64,000 nt of DNA from Mesotaenium endlicherianum (Eukaryota). Made by a program: the position numbers and the translations under genes. The stretch lies in assembly GCA_009602735.1 (NCBI GenBank), contig WELA01003597.1, positions 403,265 to 467,264 on the forward strand, in the 5' to 3' direction. The notes below the pieces were generated by a model that saw nothing but the letters and a program-made list of their open reading frames with translations, had not been told where the DNA came from and did not search any database. Below, piece after piece: positions 12,063-24,897 of the stretch. Positions within the stretch are counted from its first letter, which is position 1, and every line of letters begins with the position of its first letter.

Positions 12063-13742
12063 CTAAGTACCAGGGGCTCTATCCTCTGGGGAGCGGGATG
12101 TGGTCCTGGACCTTCTTCTCCTATCTGGTGGCCTCCTGAAACTTGGGGGCTTAGACCAAGGTGAATCGAGAGGGGAACGTAGCAGTTGGACAGCCTCCTC
12201 TTGCATAGTCTGCAAGTTGATGGACACGGCCCTTTCTTGTGCAGCTCTCAAACTGACAGGAACATACATTGGCATGCCAGAAGGGTGCTGCATGACATGG
12301 GCTAAGGGCACATGCCCTCTATGGAGGGTGATGCTGGTTGACCTCTGGCTGCCCCCTTGGCAGCCCTTCTGTCTGCCCTGTCTGCGTGAGTCTCAACTCC
12401 TGGGGTCGAACTCCTCCTGCTGAAACTCCCCAGCCACTAGAAATCTACATCTCCTTGTGGGCTGGTGTCCTCAAGCTGCTGCAAGGCTGCTTGTGCCAAA
12501 GACAGCCCAGTCTTCTGTGGAGTGGGGGATGTAGCAGGGGTCTATGCCTTAGCAGGGTTAGACTCCTCTCCTGCGCCTTCCTCCTCTTTGTCCTCCTATT
12601 CTTCTGAGACTTCTGGAGTCTCTCTGGTCATCTCCTCCAGCTGTTCCCACGAAAAAGAATATCCCACTGACCTCCCCCTTTCGGGTGCTGGTGGAGGTTG
12701 CTGGGTCTTGACCGCATACAGGTCTTTCTCCCCTTGCTTACTTGCCCATTTGGCATAAGCATGCTTCCCCTTAGAGAAGAATCTCTAGCCCTGGTCCTAT
12801 CCTTCTGCGTCTCCTGACTCATGCAGTCCTTGAATCCACCTCGTCTTGGGTCCCATGCAGAAATGTGTGGTGGCAGCACTATTTTCCCCTGCAAGTCTGC
12901 CAAGAAATCATCGTCCTCAGCTCTGTCAGTTAGCTGGTCTATATGTTGATGGTCATTCAGTGCCAATCCGTGGGCTGCAGAAAGAAAGCAGGGTCTGTCC
13001 TCTTCAGAGAACAAGGGTACCAGTGCCTCGAGAAATCCAGCTGGGTGGTCTCCTCTGCAAAGAACTCCCAGCTTCTTCTCTCCACCTCGTCATACATGGC
13101 CTGGAATTGATTGTAGGGAGTGGCATCCTTGAAGCTGTTTGACTCTATAGGGATCACTCTGATCACTCTGTTCGTGCCCCAAATCGTAGGTATTGGCACA
13201 GCTTCAGATTCATTAATTTGGGCCAATGCCTTGGCTTCCCGGATCGTATACCATACCATCCTAGCATAGTCATGATACAGGATGAGCCCTATGTTGACCT
13301 CTATGTACTTGTCAAAATTTGGGGATGTCTCCCCCTCCCGTTGCAGTATATCCCTCTGGGACTCACTTCAACTTCTCTGGGCATACTTGAAGGCTTCCTC
13401 CAAAAGATCAAAGTCCTTGCCCATCACCGTGTAGCGGTAGCTTTTGAATCTACTCTGTTCCTCCTCAGCTTACTGCTTCCGGCTCTCCTCAGCTTGCCTG
13501 TCTTCTTCTGCCTCCTTGGCTTCCTCTGTAGCTTTTTTTTCCTGCTCTTCTTGCCTCAGCTTGTCTTGTTCTTCCTCATCCCTCTTCTTTCTAGCCTAAC
13601 GCTGCAATCGGAGTCGCTCTGATTCCCAAGATGAGATGGAGGACGATTTGATATCGTCGTGGAATTCCTTGTACTCTGCCTGTGCCTCGTCTGTCTTCGT
13701 TTCCTCTTCAATTTAGACTTCTGAGTCATCTTGCTCAAACAT
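12063..13742 (-). pseudogene. Decayed extra ORF of element D between pol and the 3' LTR; product unknown
   Basis: ATG at 13742 opens a charged E/K/R-rich segment with stops that look like CAA/CAG to TAA/TAG changes. It continues through same-strand ORF fragments 12957-13259, 12628-13014 and 12063-12311. Confidence 0.65.
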
Positions 13743-14055
13743 AACCCAAATGCGTTAGTGTAGTCGTGATATCGTGCACAATCGAGAAGCTTGACATGTA
13801 AGAACGTAGTAGTGAGAGTTACAGGGTATGCAATACCTGGTGTAAGTAAGCGAAAAGTGGGAGTGTGCTCGAGAGAAGTCGTGAGTGTGAGCGCAGTTGA
13901 GTGTGGAAAATGGTTATGTAAAGACTGGTTGTCGAGATATTATTCCACTCCCTCTAACTTTTAAGGTGGACTGCTTGTCACAACTGGCACTAACTGTCAC
14001 TTACTGTCACTTTCTGTCACTTAGGGTTTAGGAATTAGGGCTTAGGGTTATTTTT

Positions 14056-16720
14056 GGGTAGTGGTTGCCATAACCCTCTGGGTGGTGTGTGTCTGAACTT
14101 GTTTTTTTGACATTGATCACAAGACTTAACATATTTCAAGACCGCCCGAGGCAAGCCTTTCCACTGATAATGCTTTGCCAATTCACAAACAATTTTGGCC
14201 TGCCCCAAATGTCCACCCAGTAAACTGTCATGTGCTTGAGGGTGACCTTAATTCCAGGTTATTAAGAATAACCAGCTTCAGCCTGCGTGAAGGGGTTTCT
14301 ATTACCCAGATCCCTCCCTTTAGCTTATAGTTGAGTACATTAGCAGGACACACACCATCAGAAGGGTTGGAGTCAAATGTTGGGTCAGGAAGGTAGGCTT
14401 TTCTAAGTTGTTCAACGAAGAACTTTTTGACTTTTAATGAAGTGAGTGGACAAAGGAATTTATGTACAATATGCTGACTGAAGTTCCTTTCTTGCAAGTT
14501 ATGTCTTCTAGAGAGTGCATCGGCAAGGTTCAACTTTCCTAATTTGTAGTCAATTTGGAGTTGGATTTGCTTTAGCATCTAGCTCAGTGGTTCTCCCTCC
14601 TCGATAGCTCGGACTTCTTTTGATAGTGAGTCAGAGCTAGATGATATGTAGTCACCTCAAAAGCTTTACCATGTAAATATGCTCTCCACTGTTTGAGAAC
14701 ATGGATAATAGCGAACAACTCTTTATCATGCACATAATAATTAATCTCAACTGGATTGAATTTCATAGACTCATACAGCACAGGGTGCCACTCTTGCTTT
14801 ACTTTACCATCCTTTGTGGTTTTGTCAGCAGGTTGCAACAAAATAGCACCCATGGCAAAGTCAGAAGCATCGATAACCACCTGCACAAGTTTGCTGGGGT
14901 CATAAACAGCTAAGACAAGGGCAGAACAGAGAGCATTTTTAAGGGTCTGGAATGCAGCTTGCTACTCTTCCTCCCACACATACCCTATATCTATTTAATA
15001 AGGTCAATCAGTTATACGACCTTTGAGGTTTAATACTCAATAAATCTCCCATAGTAGTTAGCCAACCCAAGGAAGGATCTAGTTTTCGAGACTGACTGTG
15101 TAACTGGACAGTCCCTTATGGTTTGGACTTTCTTAGGATTCACACTGATGCCTTTCTTACTAACAACGTGGCCTAAGAATACAATACACTCCTTAAAGAA
15201 ATCATACTTGCTCATTTTAGCATACTATTGAGTCTTTCTTAGAGTGTCCATGACTGTCTTCAAGTGCTCCACATGCTCAGCTTCATTTTTAGAGAAATCT
15301 AAAATATCATCCAAGAAGACTTGCACAAACTTATCCAAGTAAGGCCTGAAAATGTCATTCATAGCACCCATGAAAGTTGGAGGAGCATTAGTCAATCCAA
15401 ATGGCATCAGATTTAACTCATAGTGTCCATAACGTGTGCGGAAGGCAGTCTTGTGTTCATCTCCCTCAGCAATTCTGATTTGATGATAACCACTTCTGAG
15501 GTCTTTAATACTAAACACTTCAGCACCAGACAGGGTATCAAGCAAGTTCTCAATTCTAGTTTACAAGCATACTTGTTCTTTACTGTGGTTCTGTTAAAGG
15601 CTCTGTAATCCACAGACATTCACATACTGCCATCCTTCTTCTTAAAAAATAAGATGGGTGCGCCATAAGGTGATGTAGTGGGGGAAATATAACCGTTTTC
15701 CTCCAGCTCTGCAATCTGTGTATTTAACTCTTCACTCACCACATAAGACAAGCCATACGTGCATTGCCAAAGTGGCCATTTCCCAGGTAATAACTCAATC
15801 TTACGATCTACTTCCCTCTAAGGGGCAACCCTGGAGGCATGTTAATAACATCAGCATACTCAGCAACAACTTTTGCAGCAGTAGGGTGCTCCGGAGGGCT
15901 CACCTTTTTCTCCACCACTTCTTTAGGTTGAGGAGGTACCTCTTCTAGCAGTAGACAGAAGATTCTGTCTTTCTTTTGGTTCCAACTTTCGATAAACTTC
16001 ATTACATTCAACAACTCTCCTGGAAGTATATTCTTTTTCTTGATTTGCCATCTATACAGGACAAGAGGAAGAGCACTGGTGGGTGCCAAGTTAGACTGCC
16101 CATCACTGGCTCCTCTCACTTGAATTGTACCTCTGCTCCAACACACTTCAGCTTGATGTCTATTAAGCCCGAACCTTCCTAGCACGAGATCATAAAAGCC
16201 AGTGTTGAGTACCTCAAATGTAAGCGTTTCAGTTAGAACTGCAATGCCAGAACCTAATTGGACCTCAATAGGCTTGATTATGACTCCTCCCGAGATACTT
16301 GAGGCATCTCCAAGAAATTTTTCTCTATTTCCTTGAGTGACAGTAGGCAGCCTTAACTTCTTAACTAAGTCCTTATGGATAAAAGTATGTGACGCCCCTC
16401 CGTCAACAAATGCCCTCACCTTCCTGCCTACAATCATACAATGCGGTAGGATAGGCAGGATTGACTTTTCCTGACTTCAATTGTTCTCTTGACTTAGCAA
16501 AGAAATGTTTGACATCAGGTGGAACAAGACCATCCAGAGTGTGCACTCTCTGAAAATCTATATTGCTGATGGTCTCCTTTATCTGTTTGTCAGGCATGCA
16601 TAGTGAATCCGGTTCAGCAAGACCCATAATACCTGCTACAAGGGCAGCTAGCGACGACTCATTATCTCTAGCATCCTCACAGTCAGTAGACTGGATTATC
16701 GACTGTTGCTGTCTTTTAAA
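14056..16720 (-). pseudogene. pol of element D (protease, RT, RNase H, integrase HHCC only)
   Basis: [85 protein letters not shown], after which homology stops. Multiple stops and frameshifts. Confidence 0.93.
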
Positions 16721-19127
16721 GGCTGATCCTTTCTCACGATCTTTGAAAGGTGCTTTCGAGGACATTGCTCTCTGTAGTGGCCCAACTCTTGGCAATGGAA
16801 GCAAATAGATTTTGCTGAGGCTGGTCTCGACTTGGTCCTACCACCACCTCTTCCATAACCTCTTCGAGAGTATCCACCTCTCCCTCTAAATTGCATAGCG
16901 TTATACTCATACTCACACTCATCACTATCATCATACTCAACCTGATGTCCTTCAATTGCATTGTAGGAACCATGTGGGTTAATGACAATCCTTGACACCA
17001 AAGCATTACTCTGGCGCTTGTGATTGAACTGTTGCTGATCCCAGGCATCAGCATCCTAGATCAAGTCAGCCAATTTCTCATGTTTCTTTTCAACAAAATG
17101 ACCTGAGACCTCGGATTTCAAGCCATACCTGAAGAATGCTATCCTATACCGCTCAGGCAATTCTAGCTACTTCATCATGTTCTCCTGGAACTTCTGAGCA
17201 AATTCAGTAACTGAAGTGGTTTGCTTCAGTATCAAGGAAATCATCGCATAGATAGCTTTCTCTAGCTGATTGATAACATCAAACTTCTCATGCAGTTTCT
17301 CGACAAACTCTACCCAAGTAGGTATCGAGATGTTGAGCCTATACGCTCTCCTTTTCGATACAGCCACCAGTCTGCTGCACTGCCTTTCAGTAGAGCACCA
17401 GTGTGCCTGACTTTCTCGTAGTGTTGCAATTCCAGGTAGTTCTCCAACCATTGCTCAACATCAGCGAAAAACTTGATCGGGTAGTACTTGTAACAATCCA
17501 AGCTTTTTAGGCATATTTTCGGATACTTTCCTAATTTCCTAAAATACGTTATACTTTTGAATCGATGAAAGATTGCATTTTCACGAATTTCTCGCCACAC
17601 ACGTGTGCCGACAAATTCCGGTCGATTGGCGAAACGACCAGCAGATTTATCGATAAAGTATCTTCAATACTTTGCAAAAAATATTGTAATTAATCGTATA
17701 TTTACTTTGATTAATTACAAGATAATTAAGTTCATTAATTACGGATTAATCAACTTATTGTGACTTTCATTATTACGGATTATGATCGTCACGATGTTTG
17801 GAATTAGAAACAATTGTTTATACGAAACAAAATCCCAACCAGCGACCCAAGGGAGTCGCCGGCCAACATCGAACCCGCGATTCCCGGCCCCATCGATGCG
17901 ATTCCACGACAGTCGTAATTCAATAAACGAATTTACAAAGTTTCTTTGTACTCGGAGTGATCCGAATGCTCGTCCTTCGTTTGAAATGTTCACACTCGAC
18001 CAATAGGCCAAAGAGTTTTCTTTAAGTCCCGGTTCATGTCAAAAGTACACGTACGCAATCCACCAAACAATTGCGTCTTTTTTGGAAAGTCGCGTGAACA
18101 CAAAAACGCCCTATTGGCGCAAATTGGTTTTTACGACACCGTCAAAAAGTCTCCAAACGTCCAAACGGCGCGTTACGAGCATTCAGCCAAACGGGTTGCA
18201 CCCCTTCGCCTGTTTTCGTTGAACATGAACCAGTGCCCTAGCAAGTGACTCGAAGCACTTCAGTGCCTCATGTTGTTTAAGTATATATACTTACAAGAGT
18301 CATTGTGAGTGCAATTCTTACAGCACGCATTCTACGACTTTACGTTCTTTTTCTCATAGTCTCAAGTATTAGAAATACGCGAAGTTGTCGTTGATTCTTC
18401 CATTGAGTAATCAACTTTTCTTGAAAATCGAGCAAAGATCCTTAAGAAAAGCAGAAACGTTGCAGTCCTACTTGTTTCTCTCAATTTAATAGTCCTGAGG
18501 AGGTTTTGGCTTAGGCTTACTTGGCCCTCTGCCACCACCACCAGTGGTGTGAGAACCCAGCTAGTCTTTGTCACGCAGCAATGCCATCATGATCCTCTTG
18601 TCCTCCTGTTGGGATTAACACATGCTCGCCATTTGCGATTACATTTGCACAAATAATGCACCCAAATCTACATTTTGAGGTGGTAGCCCAGCAAACGCAG
18701 TTGCGGCAAGATTAGCTCAATTAGTAGCCGCTTCGGCATTCCCTATTGCTGCCGCTCCAACTATGCCTGTTGCACTCAGTTGCCTGCGTATCTGAGGGAT
18801 AAGTATAACAGTAGGCACAGCAAGAGATTGGTTTCGGAGACTGGCCCTCTCTGCCATTTGCTCTTCCACCGTCCTTTCGTCAGGGGCCCTCCTGTTTACT
18901 GCCTCTCTTACCTCCTTGGCCAAACGCTCATCCTTAGCAAGCTGAGCTGCTACCGCAACAAGAGCTGCTGCCTCCTCTGCAGCTTCTCTAGTTCCTGCAT
19001 CATGCATCGTTTCTAAGTAGGTACGGGGTCCAAAGACGCGGCTTTCGTCTTGCCCTTCTTCAATGCTATCATTGTCCTCATCCTCCATTTCACGAGAGTT
19101 GCTAGCTTGGAACCTAGTCTTTACCAT
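16696..19127 (-). pseudogene. gag of element D, interrupted by a solo LTR
   Basis: ATG at 19127 shortly after the PBS; LLKGSAADWW, LKQTTSVTEFAQKF and zinc knuckle CFHCQELGHYREQC. Confidence 0.85.
17489..18464 (+). mobile_element. Family X solo LTR inserted in gag of element D
   Basis: Termini TGTAACA...CGTTGCA, TSD GTACT/GTCCT; homologous to 9737-10009, 10547/22279 and 40253-41253. Confidence 0.82.
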
Positions 19128-19200
19128 ACAAGACGATTATGATAACCAGCTCCAATACCACTGAAATGAATCAACTTACTAATAGGTGATTGACAATTAA

Positions 19201-21394
19201 CACTAAGTATCCCATCGGACCATATATGGTCCTCGGACCATATATGGTCTAGCTAACCTCCATTTTTCAGCGCTGACCTCCAGGGTGCTACAGTTGACCA
19301 AATGGTACAATCTATGGCTCAAACGAACCGTACAGACTTGAACCTTAGGCGAAAAAATGCAAAATGGTCTTCCAATCATTAACGACAAAGTTAGAGTCAA
19401 AAGAGTGAGGTTCAAACTTCAGGTTCACAACGAAATTTCAAGTGAAAAATCTATCATACCCGAGGTCACTAAAAAGCTTTTAGAGCCATGGCTTCTTCTT
19501 CAAATGCGCCAGAAATTGTTATGGGTGGTAAATTACTCATCCCTGTCATCTTCTGGGAAGATGCATGGACGAAAAAGACAGTTGGACAATATTACATGGA
19601 GTTTTTCTTAGTTGGAATTGTAAGAAAAGAGATTGTGAGGACTAAAAAGGAGAACTCATGGCTCAGAAGTGTTGTATGACAAAGAAAAGAATTAATGGGA
19701 GGCATGGCAGGTCAGGCAGTACCTATCAACTGTGCCTGAAGAGTCTTGGTTTTATTCCGAGCCGCATGTAGTTCGTTTTGGCTCGGTTTCCTCAGGGGCC
19801 TCTTAACTTGCAAATTCTAGGGAGGCTGGCAGTCAAGGTCTGATTTCTTCCTCCCAAGACCCGAACGATGACTCCTAGCCAAGGTCTAATGATGCTGATG
19901 AGGAGGAGGAGGAGGAGGAGGAGGAGGAGGAGGAGGAGGAGGTGGAGGAGAACGAGGATACTATGAGGAAGAAGGGCAGGCCTGACACCGGAAAGAGTAA
20001 GCAGGTGCTGCTTATTGTTTCTATAGACTACATGGCTCTTGTGTGTGATTACCCGGGGCACATTGCTATGGTCTGGCAAGACAAGATGCTAGTGCACTTT
20101 CTGTCCACAGCTGCTGGTCTTGAGGCGAATGAAGTTGAGAGGAGGCAGAGTGATGGGAGTTTGAAGACCATAAGTGCCCCAGACATTGTGGTGCACTACA
20201 AAAAACACATAGATGCTGTCGATTAATTCGACTAACTCTGTCTGAAAGATAACTATTCTGTCGAGAGTAATGCTGTCAGCTTCAAGTGGTGGCATACACT
20301 ATGTTGGAGTCTGTTTGATGCTACCCTGGCCAATGCCTACATCCTGTACAACCTGGCCCATCCTGAGAGTGATAGGTGTCCCTTCATGTTAGATGTTGTC
20401 GCGGAGATGACAGACTTTCATGATCCACATGAGGGGAGGCGCTTTCGCTGGAGTGCAGGGCGGGCTAGAATGGACAGGTTCCAAGGGAGACACTTCCCTG
20501 AGCACGTTCCAAGAGGCTCTAGACCAGGGTGTGTAGTGTGCAGGAGCAAGCTGTATGACCTAGGCCATGAGAAGAGTAAGGTGAGGCCTAGCTATTGGTG
20601 CGCGACGTGTGGAGTAGCGCTTTGCCCCGCGCCTTGCTTTGAGGAGTACCATACCAACAGGCACATAGCACATGTAGATGTGGCCCCTACAGGCTGAGTA
20701 GCACTAACAAGTAGGACTGTAGATCAGAGGAACTGCAACGGGAAACATATGTGAAAGACATTGTGCTCCATAAATAATTCAGCTTCATGTGTGCAAAGTT
20801 GTCGATTCTACGATATTTTGCAATTAATGATTTATTTATAATCATTTTAATACATTATTTTGTATATGAATATTTTTTTTGTAAGTAGAGTAAGACCTTA
20901 CTTTCAAACTACACTTTACAGATTACTATTTGCATGTGTAAAGAATATTTTATGAATTATTAACTGTGATGCTTTGTTGCATGGGACACTAAAAAGTACG
21001 AAAAATACCTGGACCCCATATGGTCCACTAAGTACAGAGTGTGCTTGCACAAAGCTACTGATTAGAATGAAGTGAATTCTGTTTCATATGATAGGTAAGA
21101 CACATGCCTACCCCAGATTAAATCAACAAGTACTGGTTCAAATCCAAACTCATAATGTGTGAAGTCAAAGTTGGCCCTGTTTGCTCGTTTCTTGTTATTG
21201 TACACACTTAGTACGGAAAGTACACCTTACCTTTCCGAAAATTGCGGGCCACATGGCCAGTGCAATACCTTGTGATGTAAGCTCTCAAATGGTCTATCAC
21301 ACATAGTCATAGCTTCAGTGGTTATTTCAATATAGTGTGACTTAGGGGGTGCATTATTGGACCATATATGGTCTTTTCCTTGGGAGACCTAGTG
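19201..21394 (+). mobile_element. piggyBac-like DNA transposon, internally deleted
   Basis: TIRs CACTAAGTATCCCA / CACTAGGTCTCCCA (12 of 14); flanks TTAA and TCAA; the sister LTR shows the empty site (CAATTAA-TAAAGATC, about 11246). Confidence 0.92.
19942..20697 (+). pseudogene. piggyBac transposase C-terminal remnant
   Basis: One frame with in-frame stops: VWQDKMLVHFLST, PDIVVHYKKHIDAVD, KWWHTL..DATLANAYILY and a Cys-rich domain CVVC..YWCATCGVALCPAPCFEEYH. Confidence 0.9.
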
Positions 21395-24144
21395 TCAACA
21401 AAGATCTTTATATCAGCAAGTAATCTTTATGGTATTTTCTGTTAACTGATTTAACAGCCCAAGGCAATACACTAACGGTAGACAATACTCATAGGTCAAA
21501 TGCAAGTAAACGAGCATCAATCATGCAATCAATAAACTCATACATAAGCAAGGTTAAAAGACAATTCGCATCAATGGCTTCTCGCATTAGATTCAGATAT
21601 CTCTCAGTAAGCTATACAAGAGAGTTGGCCTCGTTTTAGAATGCCAAAACTCAAGGGCAATACCTAGCATATGTATATGGAAAGAGTATACTGTTCAACG
21701 GCAAGTGCAATGGCACCGCCTACCCGGGAGTTAACCTCGTCAGTAGGACCTCGGCTAACCAAATCCACAGCCATCTCCCATCATTCCGAATCGCCATCCA
21801 CCTTAATGGTGTTATCTAACCATTCATCTAGCACACCACACTTAGATGCATAACTAGGCAGTTCGCTGCTATTGAGTACGACCGTCAGCTGACTTTCAAA
21901 GAATGTGTCAGGAGGCTGACCTAATTCAGCAAGCTGACCTAAGTTGACTTCAGCCTGCTGCTCCCGGCTGAGTCATTCAAATTAAGTATTTAACATCCAG
22001 CAGACTTAATAATAATTAAAATTCGGCAGAATGAACTTATCTAATTATAAATCAATATTATATCTACTTAATATACTAATTCATTACATTTACGATGCTT
22101 TTTGCAATAGCATCTTGGTCGTTTCGCCAGTCGACCAGGTTTTAGTCAGCACACGCGTGTGTCGAATAATTCATCAAGATGCAAGATGTAATGAATTAAT
22201 ATATCAATGAGTACCACAATATTTATTTAAGTAATTAGGAAAACGTCCCAAATATGCCTGAAAAGCTCAGATTGTTACATTAAGGTTGGCATCACAATTT
22301 ACTTCGTAAGAGCCAAATTCTTCTTCTTTGCTAAACAATCGCGAAAATCTGCATATTTTTGCGATTATCATTTTTGTATTATCAATACGTCCAATGCACT
22401 TCAAGAGCGTTAGGTTGTGACCTCTTGCGTTCAAATCTTGTGTTGGAAACGTGTATTGCACCAATTTACACAGCTGCATTCACACACAACGTGCGAAGTC
22501 TGAACTAATATTCCAATTTCTCGCGGATTTGGCAATGAAAAATGGGATTTTGGTGAAGAAGCTTCACATTTTCCAAATTTCCTCTCAAGGTGAGAACGTT
22601 GCTCGTGATGCATACTGCTTCCTTCGCTTTGAATATGACGTTTGAGACCTTCATCTCAGGCTGGTCATGTCTCATTGTCGTCGATTCAAGAGCATCAAAT
22701 AGCTTCATTAGCGCACGTTTTGCGCTTGATATACGACTAGTGCTTATACCAAAAGTTGAACTATTTTGTTTTGGCGATGGTTTTTTAGCTTGTATAATTG
22801 GAACCCTTAGGTTACCGCTTCAATTGCAGTCTTACCTCGGCCACAAAATGTTCTATGTTACTGACTTGTCCAATGGTGTTGATGCAAGTTTAAATAATAC
22901 TTGACTTACGCACACAAGGCATTATTAGACTACAGTCATAATACATGCATTGTTCGCAAGAGAGGTCTGAAGATTACTCTCCAGTCTCTTAAGCTTGATA
23001 CTGAGTTAGAAAGTTCTTCAATGACTCTTCTTTTGTCCATTAAGCAAGATCGGTGTTTGGCTAAGCGAGGTTAACATGTTTTTAATGGATCACTGAGACA
23101 ATCACTCTTTGAGAATTCCACTCCGCTCTTTACAAAAGAGCCGACGTTAGCAATCTCTGGTCATGTTGGGACACTTATAAAAGAACTGTTTGCTCTTTTG
23201 CAAATGTACAAGTTTGTGTTCGCACGTGAAATACTAGCCGGGTTACCACCCGATTGGAGTAATGGGCATACTATCCCTCTTGTTCCCAATGCTCAACCTA
23301 CTTGGCGCCCTATTTATTGCCCAAGTCCGTTGCAGCTGGAGGAAATGAAGGACCAAATTACCAACTTGCTCGCCAATGGATGGATAGAGCCGAGCTCTTC
23401 TCCATTAGGGACACCCATTCTATTTGTTCAGAAGAAAGATGGAACCGTCGTATGTGCAGTGATTATCGTGCATTGAACAATATCACGATCAAAAACCGCT
23501 ATTCGTTGCCTAGTATCGATGAATAGTTTGATTCGTTGCAGGAAGCACAGATGTTATCCTCGCTTGATCTAGTCCAGGGCTATCATCAAGTTTGAATCAC
23601 ACCAGAGGACGTTCCCAAGACAACGTTTTGGACGCCTATTGGTTACTTCTATTACAAAGTCCTCAATTTTGGACTTACCAAAGCACCGACAATAATCCAA
23701 AGCACAATGAATGACGTGTTTAGACCGTATTTGGGTAAGTTTGTCCAGGATTACCTCGACAATATCCTTGTCTACTCAAAGTCGGTGGCCGAGCACTACA
23801 AGCACCTCGAGTTGTTATTGCAAATCCACCGTGAGCAACAACTGTATTCTAAGCTCAAAAAGTATTTTTTCATATAAGATGAACTGTTGTACCTTGGACA
23901 TATTGTGGGTTCGAAAGGGGTGCGCCCTGACCTTGCCAAGATCTCGTGTGTCGCGGATTGGCTCGTCCCAAAAGATGTACATACAATACGTTCATCCCTT
24001 TGGTGTGCTAATTACTTTTGTAAATTTATGCAAGGTTATTTAGTGATGGCTGCGCCCCTCACTGCTCTGAGAAGGAAAAAATATGCCGTATATTTGTAAT
24101 GAGAACACGCAATTTGCGTTAGAGCGCATTTTATATGCCCTCAC

Positions 24145-24897
24145 TGTAAGGTTATGGGTTTATAAAGTGCATTTTTGAGTTGTTTGAAAATTTGTTTAAA
24201 GAACATGAAAATATAGAGTGCATTTTTGTGGTGATTTCGATATAAAGTTTGTTGAATTTGGTTCAGTATTGAGAGAGTTACGGGTTTCTAAAGTTTTATT
24301 TAGTTTTGAGGTCGGTTGACGACTGTCCTTAATTCGCGATGAGCGCGACCGTCGGATTGACCGACAGCGTCGAGCGATCTGGGCTGTTAGAGTGAATTTG
24401 AACCTTCACGTACTTTTGACTGACGCGGAGCGCCGACCAAGTCGATTTATCTAGAAGCTTCGGATTAGCCTAGCGCGCCTAAGATAGTATATTCTAGGTA
24501 TTTTGATGCATGCATGTGGACGCCAAATTGGCCTGACACGTCAGATGAGGCTGATTTGGCCTACTCACGAATATTTTGGAAGGGACGATTTGACAAACAC
24601 TTAGAAATTGCGTTGCTAAGCGGCCCTCCCTCCTAGGGGCGAGCGGTCGTCGCAAAAAACTATGAATAGGCATAACTACTTCATTTCTTATCAGTTTTCA
24701 TTCTGTATACTACTACGGGTTTGTATTGACGAGTCCTTTCATCCTAGTCCATTTGTGAGCACTTTCTTGCTACTTTAATGTTGAGTAATTTTTTCAGGCT
24801 TTCTTAGGGATATGTTGCTGCACCCTTTAGTATGATTACAACTAGTTCTTTTCCTTGTGAGTCACTACGCTTCCACTAGGGCACTCCGCCCCTTTCA
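24145..24897 (+). mobile_element. Solo LTR, same family as element B LTRs
   Basis: TGTAAGG...CCTTTCA, perfect TSD CTCAC, homologous to 25815-26558. Confidence 0.95.

Larger units (their letters stand above)
11213..22088 (-). mobile_element. Degenerate Ty3/gypsy LTR retrotransposon (element D)
   Basis: 3' LTR 11213-11946; 5' LTR 19162-22088 (interrupted by piggyBac); termini TGAAATGAAT...ATTCATTACA; TSD ATTAC/TTTAC; PBS TGGTATTGGAGC at 19149-19160 (-); PPT-like AGTTGGAGGGAT next to the 3' LTR; domain order gag-PR-RT-RH-IN. Confidence 0.93.
10547..22279 (-). mobile_element. Family X solo LTR split by element D (pieces 10547-11212 and 22089-22279)
   Basis: Termini TGTAAG...GTTACA with perfect TSD TTAAG (10542-10546, 22280-22284). 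The left piece matches 40253 onward; the right parts are the reverse complement of 17489-17790. Confidence 0.8.

Noticed and set aside
19201..19205. CACTA terminus suggesting an En/Spm element
   Set aside because: TTAA target site and transposase motifs indicate piggyBac.
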